Source: a virus. Taken from it: a stretch of 64,000 nucleotides of DNA. Made by a program: the position numbers and the translations under genes. The DNA is taken from the IMG/VR virus record IMGVR_UViG_3300037316_000027, positions 1 to 64,000 of that record, one strand, 5' to 3'. This document shows positions 1-6,352 of the stretch, one piece after another. Positions within the stretch are counted from its first letter, which is position 1; each line of letters opens with the position of its first letter. Under the pieces are notes generated by a model, which saw only the letters and a list, made by a program, of their open reading frames with translations, made no database searches and had not been told where the DNA came from.

Positions 1-2
1 TC

Positions 3-317
3 CAGACGATCTCCGAGCGCGCGGCCGAAGTCCGCCAAGTCGCGATCGACGTGAACAGTTTGATCGCCGCCGGCAAAGTCAAGCCGGTCGTTGACAAGCG
101 GACCGGAGCCATTGCCTTTCAGGGGCTTGACGACAACGTTCGCGATGGCGCGACCGACGCGTGCATCTACAGGCGGATCATGGTGACAGGCTCGTCGCTG
201 ACCAAGGCCAAGCTCGCTCAGGCCGAGGCTATCGCCGGTCGCACGGTCAACAAGCAAGCCCTCGCCGCAGGCGTGCATTCGCACGACGGCGGCGGTAGTT
301 GGCATGACGGACACTGA
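3..317 (+). CDS. hypothetical phage protein, 5'-truncated by the window edge
   Basis: Frame is open from base 3 (CAG ACG ATC...) through the track's GTG at 51 to TGA at 317. Confidence 0.6.
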   Translation, partial: QTISERAAEVRQVAIDVNSLIAAGKVKPVVDKRTGAIAFQGLDDNVRDGATDACIYRRIMVTGSSLTKAKLAQAEAIAGRTVNKQALAAGVHSHDGGGSWHDGH

Positions 318-422
318 GCTAGGAGCGTCGCCTTTGCCCCAAGGTGATTGCTCCCTGCGCGGGTCGGCGGAGGGTGTGCTGCCCTCCGCCGACTTCCCCT
401 CTTCCAGCACAGAGAGCGAAAC

Positions 423-1109
423 ATGAAACGCGAGAGCAAAGGCCAGCGGGTCAAGACTTTCAAGGCATTTATACCTAACTCCGATCTCACTCGGACCGAG
501 ACGCAAGTAGTCGTCTACTTCAAGGCCGACAACGGCCTCTTTTACATCTTCGACGGCGCACATATGTTTAACTCCGCCCGCGATCGGGCGAAAAAGTATA
601 GCGACGTGGGGCGCGTCAGCATCCATGCCGACATGATCACGGATAACACGCTCGACGGCATTGTGCGCGGCTTCGAAGCTATCTGCACCGCGTATGAGCA
701 TGCGATGCGCGAGGCCCAGAAAAAGAAAGTCATTCGCTTCACGTTCAAGCGCAACACGTCATGGGACGGCGAGCGGCCGGCGGCCAGCGATATCAGTTTT
801 TGCGGAACGCCAGCGGTGCATTTCACTTTTGAAGTGCTCTATCAGGTCGGCGACCAGCTCTATTACAAGCACGCCGACGACGCGAACTTGCAGTACCGTG
901 GCAAGGTCAACGAGGCGCGCTTCCGGGACGGTGACGCGGTCACCATCGATTGGACTGAAGAGCGCGAAGCGTTCTTCATGAACATGCAGGCGTCTCTTGT
1001 GTCGTTGATCCATCGCGTTGACGACTTCCAAAAGGACTTGCTCACCAACATCGATAAGGCTATAGCAGGAACCGCGCCGCTTCTGCTTGCCCACAACAAG
1101 GAAGACTGA
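423..1109 (+). CDS. hypothetical protein
   Basis: ATG at 423 after GAGAG; ORF ends 2 nt before rtcB. Confidence 0.65.
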   Translation: MKRESKGQRVKTFKAFIPNSDLTRTETQVVVYFKADNGLFYIFDGAHMFNSARDRAKKYSDVGRVSIHADMITDNTLDGIVRGFEAICTAYEHAMREAQKKKVIRFTFKRNTSWDGERPAASDISFCGTPAVHFTFEVLYQVGDQLYYKHADDANLQYRGKVNEARFRDGDAVTIDWTEEREAFFMNMQASLVSLIHRVDDFQKDLLTNIDKAIAGTAPLLLAHNKED

Positions 1110-1111
1110 TC

Positions 1112-2479
1112 ATGGCACAACGGACCGACCCGCACCAAGCCCGCGCTCGTGAACTTTGCATCGCTGCCGGGATCGAGCCCGACAGCCGACGCGGAGAAGG
1201 TCGCGGTCACCCTGCATGGACCGAGTACCGCGACGCCGCGCGCAAGGAGATGATCGCAGCCGAACAGGCGGAACTCGCCGCCGATCTAGCCGCCATGTCC
1301 GTGCCGGCGCAAACGGCCGACTACGCTAGCGCGCCGCTGACGATCTTCGGCGAGCACGATGCGCAGACGATCGACCAGATGAAAAACTGCATGAAGGTCG
1401 GCAATGTCGTCGCGGGCGTGATCTGCGCTGACGGGCATCTCGGCTATGCGCAGCCGGTCGGCGGCGTGATCGCCTACGACAAAGGCCACGTCTCGATCTC
1501 GGGGGTCGGGTACGATATCGGTTGCGGCAACAAGGCCGTGCGGCTTGACACGAAGTTCGCTGACATCGCCGAGCACATTCCGACGATCATCCGCGACGTG
1601 CAGAAGACGATCTCGTTCGGCGTCGGTCGCTCGAATGACGACGAACGCGTCGAACATCCGCTGTTCGACAATGCCGAGGCTTGGGCCGACGCGGACATGG
1701 AGGCGTATCGCCCGAAGGCGCAGGCGCAGCTCGGCACGGTCGGATCAGGCAACCACTATGTGGACGTGCTCCGCGACGAGGATGGCTATGTCTGGATCGG
1801 CGTTCACTTCGGCTCGCGCGGTCTGGGCCACACGTCGGCTAGCAAATATATCAAGGCGGTCGGTGGCAGGGACGGCATCAACGTCGCGCCCGCCGTCGTC
1901 GATCTTCACACGGAAGTCGGCGCTCGCTACTACGAGGCGATGAAGCTCGCCGGTAGCTACGCGTCCGCCGGTCGCGACTGGGTGACCGAGCGCGTGCGCC
2001 AGATCATCGGCGGCAACGTCACGATGGAAGTGCACAACCATCACAATTACGCGTGGGAGGAAACGCACGTCATCAACGGTGTCTCCCGCGATCTGCTCGT
2101 GGTCCGCAAGGGCGCGACGCCAGCGTTCCCGGGCCAGCTCGGTTTCGTCGGCGGCTCCATGGGTGACGACGCCGTGATCCTCGAAGGCGTCGATAGCCCG
2201 CAGGCCAAGGCAGCGCTCTATTCCACGGTGCACGGGGCCGGGCGCGTCATGGGCCGCAAGCAGGCCAAGCGCACGTTCACGAAGGCGCAGATGGATCAGT
2301 GGCTACAGGCCCGTGGTGTGACGCTGGTGGGCGCTGATCTCGATGAAAGTCCGATGGCATATCGGAGGCTCCCGGAAGTTCTGGCGCATCACGAGGCGTC
2401 TGTGCGCGTCCTGCACACGCTCCGGCCGTTCGCAGTGGCGATGGCCGGCGAAGGCGAGTTCGATCCATGGAAAGATTGA
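1112..2479 (+). CDS. rtcB: RtcB-family RNA 2',3'-cyclic phosphate/5'-OH ligase
   Basis: RtcB motifs DGHLGYAQPVGG, GVGYDIGCG, LGTVGSGNHY, HFGSRGLG, HNHHNYAW, RKGATPA, GGSMG, STVHGAGR, DESPMAYR. Confidence 0.95.
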   Translation: MAQRTDPHQARARELCIAAGIEPDSRRGEGRGHPAWTEYRDAARKEMIAAEQAELAADLAAMSVPAQTADYASAPLTIFGEHDAQTIDQMKNCMKVGNVVAGVICADGHLGYAQPVGGVIAYDKGHVSISGVGYDIGCGNKAVRLDTKFADIAEHIPTIIRDVQKTISFGVGRSNDDERVEHPLFDNAEAWADADMEAYRPKAQAQLGTVGSGNHYVDVLRDEDGYVWIGVHFGSRGLGHTSASKYIKAVGGRDGINVAPAVVDLHTEVGARYYEAMKLAGSYASAGRDWVTERVRQIIGGNVTMEVHNHHNYAWEETHVINGVSRDLLVVRKGATPAFPGQLGFVGGSMGDDAVILEGVDSPQAKAALYSTVHGAGRVMGRKQAKRTFTKAQMDQWLQARGVTLVGADLDESPMAYRRLPEVLAHHEASVRVLHTLRPFAVAMAGEGEFDPWKD

Positions 2480-2578
2480 TTGACTTCGTTTGGCGCTATA
2501 CGCCTGCGATCTTGATCGTAGGTGCTATCCTCAGCATATCCCTGACAATTTGGGGAGCTTACTGCCGATGCTGAGGAC

Positions 2579-2607
2579 TTGACAAGTCATCCGGCTTCGT
2601 CTATAAG
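2579..2607 (+). promoter_or_regulatory. sigma70-type promoter of the ncRNA/tRNA operon
   Basis: TTGACA (2579-2584) - 17 nt - TATAAG (2602-2607). Confidence 0.8.
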
Positions 2608-2614
2608 CCGCAAC

Positions 2615-2756
2615 TCAATCGCGACGAGAGCCCAGTGGCCCGTCCATACCGCCCCGTAGGCGCACCGCTTCGGCGGTCCCCGAGTTCGCTCGGGTAGCGT
2701 CACGGGGATGCACTGGGAAACGAACGAGGCGTCATCTGCACGCCTACAACGTCGAA
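2615..2756 (+). ncRNA. structured leader RNA / ncRNA, family unassigned
   Basis: Nested stems CGACG/CGTCG, CCCAGTG/CACTGGG, CCCCGT/ACGGGG; two hairpins with TTCG loops (ACCGC-TTCG-GCGGT, CCCGAG-TTCG-CTCGGG); AGGCGT/ACGCCT hairpin. Confidence 0.65.
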
Positions 2757-2769
2757 ACGAAAGAAGACG

Positions 2770-2799
2770 ATGAAGCTCGAAGGCCACACAAGCTATTGA
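2770..2799 (+). CDS. putative leader peptide MKLEGHTSY
   Basis: Purine-rich AAAGAAG upstream; last sense codon is Tyr; TGATG-coupled to a second micro-ORF (2799-2837) that enters tRNA-Tyr. Confidence 0.4.
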   Translation: MKLEGHTSY

Positions 2800-2816
2800 T
2801 GCTCGCTCCACGTTTT

Positions 2817-2900
2817 GGGCGGGCTGGGCATGAGTGAGCCTACCGATCTGTAAAATCGTTCCTTAAGGTGTGAAGGTGCAAATTCCTTCTCCGCCCACCA
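2817..2900 (+). tRNA. tRNA-Tyr(GTA), atypical D and T loops
   Basis: Acceptor GGGCGGG/TCCGCCC-ACCA; anticodon loop CT-GTA-AA; long variable region. Confidence 0.85.
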
Positions 2901-2920
2901 TTGCTGAAAGAACTGATCCG

Positions 2921-3100
2921 ATGATGCGACGCGCGAATAGCAACAGTCCGATGAACCCTGCCCCATTTCTGGGCGTGGGGGAGTTTGGCCGTCCCCGCTA
3001 CTCTCGGACAGTAGAGATCGAAGGTTCAAATCCTTCCGCCCCGACCATTCTCACAACATCGACTATTAGCGCCGCCGCGCAATCGCAAAGCTGGTCCTGA
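2921..3100 (+). CDS. putative sensor peptide reading through tRNA-Pro
   Basis: MMRRANSNSPMNPAPF-[tRNA-Pro]-ILTTSTISAAAQSQSWS*; stops 5 nt before tRNA-Trp; spacer codons almost all specify amino acids of the array's tRNAs. Confidence 0.5.
   Translation: MMRRANSNSPMNPAPFLGVGEFGRPRYSRTVEIEGSNPSAPTILTTSTISAAAQSQSWS
2969..3047 (+). tRNA. tRNA-Pro(CGG)
   Basis: CTACT-CTCGGAC-AGTAG anticodon arm, GGTTCAAATCC T arm, ACCA end. Confidence 0.9.
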
Positions 3101-3105
3101 TCTAT

Positions 3106-3179
3106 ACAGGATTGGTGTAGCGGTAGCACGGCGGTCTCCAAAACCGCTGGCCATGGTTCGAACCCATGATCCTGTGCCA
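3106..3179 (+). tRNA. tRNA-Trp(CCA)
   Basis: ACAGGAT/ATCCTGT-GCCA acceptor; GCGGT-CTCCAAA-ACCGC. Confidence 0.93.
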
Positions 3180-3180
3180 T

Positions 3181-3255
3181 GCGGGTTTGGTGTAACGGTA
3201 GCACAACGGGCTCTGAACCCGTTAGGTCAAGGTTCGAAACCTTGAGCCCGTGCCA
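3181..3255 (+). tRNA. tRNA-Gln(CTG)
   Basis: ACGGG-CTCTGAA-CCCGT; CAAGG-TTCGAAA-CCTTG; GCCA end. Confidence 0.92.
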
Positions 3256-3257
3256 AC

Positions 3258-3333
3258 GTCGATGTAGCTCAGCGGTAGAGCAATCCTTTCGTAAGGGGTA
3301 GGTCGCAGGTTCGATCCCATGCCATCGGCACCA
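3258..3333 (+). tRNA. tRNA-Thr(CGT)
   Basis: GTCGATG/CATCGGC-ACCA; ATCCT-TTCGTAA-GGGGT. Confidence 0.9.
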
Positions 3334-3337
3334 ATTC

Positions 3338-3414
3338 GCCAGTCTAGCTCAGTCAGGTAGAGCGCCGGGCTCATAATCCGGATGTCGTCGGTTCAAATCC
3401 CTCGGCTGGCACCA
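3338..3414 (+). tRNA. tRNA with CAT anticodon (elongator Met or Ile2)
   Basis: CCGGG-CTCATAA-TCCGG; G1-C72 is paired, so not an initiator. Confidence 0.88.
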
Positions 3415-3457
3415 ATCATCGGCAACTCGTGAGAGCTGCCGACATCTGATAACACAA

Positions 3458-3533
3458 GGGGCGATAGCTCAGATGGGAGAGCACCTGTTCTGCAAGCAGG
3501 GGGTCGCCGGTTCGAGGCCGGCTCGCTCCACCA
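3458..3533 (+). tRNA. tRNA-Ala(TGC)
   Basis: GGGGCGA/TCGCTCC with G3:U70; loop TC-TGC-AA. Confidence 0.92.
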
Positions 3534-3539
3534 AAGAAT

Positions 3540-3615
3540 GCCCCGTGTAGCTCAGCGGTAGAGCAAGCGGTCGATAACCGCTAGGTCGCTGGTTCAAATC
3601 CAGTCACGGGCACCA
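3540..3615 (+). tRNA. tRNA-Ile(GAT)
   Basis: AGCGG-TCGATAA-CCGCT; GGTTCAAATCC; ACCA end. Confidence 0.9.
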
Positions 3616-3632
3616 ACAAGGAGACGCGCGTC

Positions 3633-3707
3633 ATGTCATCAAGTAGTAGTCGATCGTTACGGAAGGGTGGCAGAGAGGCAATGCAGCGGCTTGCTAAGCC
3701 GTACTAG
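3633..3707 (+). CDS. Ser-rich leader peptide overlapping tRNA-Ser(GCT)
   Basis: AAGGAG SD (3618-3623), then ATG TCA TCA AGT AGT AGT CGA TCG TTA, continuing into the tRNA to TAG at 3705-3707. Confidence 0.6.
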   Translation: MSSSSSRSLRKGGREAMQRLAKPY

Positions 3708-3748
3708 GTTTGCGCCTAGCGTGTGTTCGATCCACACCCCTTCCGCCA
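3661..3748 (+). tRNA. tRNA-Ser(GCT)
   Basis: GGAAGGG/CCCTTCC-GCCA; GCGGC-TTGCTAA-GCCGT; long variable arm CTAGG/CCTAG. Confidence 0.93.
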
Positions 3749-3752
3749 GACT

Positions 3753-3839
3753 GGAGGGTGGCGTGTACGGTCGCACGAACGGTCCCGAAAACCGCGCCCG
3801 GCGCAAGCCGTGATGGTTCAATTCCTTCACCCTCCGCCA
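3753..3839 (+). tRNA. tRNA-Ser(CGA)
   Basis: GGAGGGT/ACCCTCC-GCCA; loop CC-CGA-AA; variable arm CGGC-GCAA-GCCG. Confidence 0.88.
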
Positions 3840-3843
3840 ATCC

Positions 3844-3918
3844 GCAGAGATAGCTCAGAGGTAGAGCGGCACGTTGAAGGCGTGCGCGTCAGTGGTTCGA
3901 TCCCATTTCTCTGCACCA
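3844..3918 (+). tRNA. tRNA-Phe(GAA)
   Basis: GCAGAGA/TCTCTGC-ACCA; GCACG-TTGAAGG-CGTGC. Confidence 0.9.
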
Positions 3919-3925
3919 CTGTTGT

Positions 3926-4001
3926 TTGGGGATAGCTCAGCCGGTAGAGCGACGCGCTGTTAACGCGTAGGTCGCAGGTTCGAACCCTGCTCCCCGAGCC
4001 A
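3926..4001 (+). tRNA. tRNA-Asn(GTT)
   Basis: TTGGGGA/TCCCCGA-GCCA; ACGCG-CTGTTAA-CGCGT. Confidence 0.93.
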
Positions 4002-4051
4002 TCGGCAACCATTTGCCTCTTCATGCGTTGTCGGTGAAGGAGGATACTCTC

Positions 4052-4207
4052 ATGGTAGTTATTCTATTGCTCGTCGCCCTGATCTGCGAAGTTCTGGCAG
4101 CCCTTGGCGTCCCACTCGGCAATCGTGTTCACCTAGGCTGGCTTGGCCTCGCCTTCATGATCGCCGCGATGCTGGTCGGTCCGATGTCCTTGCTCGTTAG
4201 GGGTTGA
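4052..4207 (+). CDS. small two-TM membrane protein (51 aa)
   Basis: AAGGAGG SD then ATG at 4052; two hydrophobic stretches. Confidence 0.7.
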   Translation: MVVILLLVALICEVLAALGVPLGNRVHLGWLGLAFMIAAMLVGPMSLLVRG

Positions 4208-4310
4208 CAGCCGCCACGAAATATGCGATGTACTCGCGAATGAGTTCCACCCCGCCGGGCGCTGGCAAGCAGTAAGCTCGGATTTGCGCGACGGAAAGAA
4301 ACATGAACGG

Positions 4311-4346
4311 ACGCCGCCCGGCTTGCAGGGCGGCGTTTTTCTTTTG
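4311..4346 (+). terminator. intrinsic terminator
   Basis: ACGCCGCCC-8 nt-GGGCGGCGT followed by TTTTCTTTT. Confidence 0.85.
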
Positions 4347-4418
4347 AGACCCCCTTGCATTCACTCCAGAGTTAGTGTAGGCATCGTTCTGCATTAACCA
4401 TATCTGGAGCTGCCGCTG

Positions 4419-4688
4419 ATGTCTCATTTCACCTTGGTCAACGCCCGCCACACTCAAGGTCTCGCTGCTTATCGCGCCGGTCTCACTCTCAAAGAACTGA
4501 TCACAACGGCCGAAGAGATCGACCTGATGCACGAACAGGTCCAGCCCGGCGAAAACGCGCACGCCGAACATCAAGAGATCGCCAACGCCGGCCCGTCCCT
4601 CATCGCTGGTTTCGCAGATGGCCTGCTCGACGACATTCGGAAGCTGGCCAACTCAACCAATCTCACGCGTCGCGGTCAATCCGCCTAA
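4419..4688 (+). CDS. hypothetical protein
   Basis: GGAG SD, ATG at 4419, phage-like codon usage. Confidence 0.7.
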   Translation: MSHFTLVNARHTQGLAAYRAGLTLKELITTAEEIDLMHEQVQPGENAHAEHQEIANAGPSLIAGFADGLLDDIRKLANSTNLTRRGQSA

Positions 4689-4752
4689 CCCCTTACCTGT
4701 CCCCCGACCCCGCCCGCTTACATAGCGGGCGCACTTATGTAAAGGATCAGCC

Positions 4753-5298
4753 ATGCCCGTCGTAGAGAAGCGATACCTGTCCCTGTTCGATAGCGCCGGT
4801 CGCAAGAAAGTGCCGATGTTCTCCGGTCTGCTCGCATACTTCCCCGACGCCTGCGCCGCTGTTGCCGAGCACTCGTACAAGGGCAACGAGAAGCACAATC
4901 CGGGCGAGCCGCTGCATCACGCGCGCGGCAAGAGCATGGATCACACCGACTGCATCATCCGTCACGTGGTGAACTACAAGGGGATGGACGGCGATTGTGA
5001 GGAAGTCGTCGCGCTGGCGTGGCGCGCTCTGGCGCTCGCGCAGGAATTTCTGGAACGCAAGCACGCGCTGACGTTGCCCGAGGGCGTTGTTGATGCGCGC
5101 GCCTTCCCAGAGACCAACTCACTCGTTGGCCCGAACGGAGAGCAGGCTCCCGCAGAATTCAAGCCGACGCCGCGTGACATTGAACGAGACCGGGTCATCG
5201 ATCGGCTCGTTGCTGACCGTATCGAGCTTCTCGCGCCGGGCTCGCCGATACCCGATACCGAATTCATACCCGATCGATTGCAGTCACGGCGACGCTGA
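4753..5298 (+). CDS. dATP/dGTP diphosphohydrolase-domain (DUF5664-like) protein
   Basis: YFPDACAAVAEHSYKGNEKHNPG...DHTDCIIRH...LAWRALA pattern resembles this phage family. Confidence 0.6.
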   Translation: MPVVEKRYLSLFDSAGRKKVPMFSGLLAYFPDACAAVAEHSYKGNEKHNPGEPLHHARGKSMDHTDCIIRHVVNYKGMDGDCEEVVALAWRALALAQEFLERKHALTLPEGVVDARAFPETNSLVGPNGEQAPAEFKPTPRDIERDRVIDRLVADRIELLAPGSPIPDTEFIPDRLQSRRR

Positions 5299-5735
5299 TG
5301 GCCAAGGAGAAATCTCTTTGGGGCCGATGCCAGACAGGCATCAAGAACCTGAAGGAGTGCGGACACGCGACGCACTTCTGTCGGCTGGAGAACTCCGCAG
5401 GCGAAGGCAACCCGGATGTTGAAGGCGTGATCAATGGGGATCAGTGCTGGATCGAACTGAAATCGAACCTGCGGCCGAAGCGGCCGAACACCATGGTCCG
5501 ATCGAAGACGCGGGAGAGCCAGTCGATCTGGCACAACGCTAGAACGACAGCCGGCAGCAAGATACACTGGGTCCTGATACAGGTCGGCGAAGCGCACAAG
5601 GCTAAGCTCTACCTGATCCCCGGGAGCTTCTACGATGAGATCATCGCGACCGAGGCCGATCTCGCCGCGCTGAGTGTGATAGACCCGAACGAGAACATGG
5701 CCTCTGTGCTCTTGAGAGCATGTGAAGGCTGGTAA
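5298..5735 (+). CDS. PD-(D/E)xK nuclease (VRR-NUC / Holliday junction resolvase-like)
   Basis: RLEN..GEGNPDVEG....WIELK, then Q..W. Confidence 0.8.
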   Translation: MAKEKSLWGRCQTGIKNLKECGHATHFCRLENSAGEGNPDVEGVINGDQCWIELKSNLRPKRPNTMVRSKTRESQSIWHNARTTAGSKIHWVLIQVGEAHKAKLYLIPGSFYDEIIATEADLAALSVIDPNENMASVLLRACEGW

Positions 5736-5750
5736 GGTGCCCTTGTGAGC

Positions 5751-6182
5751 ATGAAGACGGATAAAACGGTCAAGGAGGCGGCGGAGGCTTTGCTCTTGCA
5801 AGTGAGCTACGTGGACATCTATGGCCGCAAAGTCGGGCTCACCTACAAGGCTATTCTGAAGAAGCTGCATGAGAGCTTCCCGAATGGGTCGCCAAACTGG
5901 CCGAAGTACCGCACGTCGCTGCGCTCGTTGCAGATGGTGGCTTACGCGCTGAATGGCTCTGACAAGAAGATGCCAGTGCGGCGTCGCTCGTCGAAAGTTC
6001 TGGCTCGGGACTTCGCCCGGGTGCTGCTTCTTAAAACAGACGAACACGGAAAACGCCTCAGCTATGTTTCGATCGCTCGACAAGTCAAACGAAAGTTTCC
6101 TGAGTATGATTATCTTTCAGCCGAGCAACTAGGCGGTCTCGCGCTGTATCTATCCAAGCAATTCAGATTGCCCCCTCGTTAA
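5751..6182 (+). CDS. basic hypothetical protein, possibly DNA-binding
   Basis: K/R-rich; two similar segments (GRKVGLTYKAI..KLHESFP / GKRLSYVSI..VKRKFP). Confidence 0.6.
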   Translation: MKTDKTVKEAAEALLLQVSYVDIYGRKVGLTYKAILKKLHESFPNGSPNWPKYRTSLRSLQMVAYALNGSDKKMPVRRRSSKVLARDFARVLLLKTDEHGKRLSYVSIARQVKRKFPEYDYLSAEQLGGLALYLSKQFRLPPR

Positions 6183-6352
6183 TCCATGGCGCAAGACCCG
6201 GAGAAGATCAAAGCCAAACATCTACGCTACAAGCGAAGCCCCAAAGGCCACGCGCGGACGATGCGATACCAGCATTCTCCGAAGTACCTTGAACGAAAAC
6301 GCGCCTATCAAACATCGCCTAGAGGCAAGGCAACAAACAGGGAATACAAATC

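Noticed and set aside
2901-3660. Theta (HDV-like) or hammerhead ribozymes in the tRNA spacers
   Set aside because: I could not build the nested pseudoknot or the CTGATGA...GAAA core, and all tRNAs already encode CCA.
3723-3935. 70-aa ORF across tRNA-Ser/Phe as another sensor peptide
   Set aside because: Starts inside a T arm without an SD and has no cognate codon tract in a spacer; probably chance.
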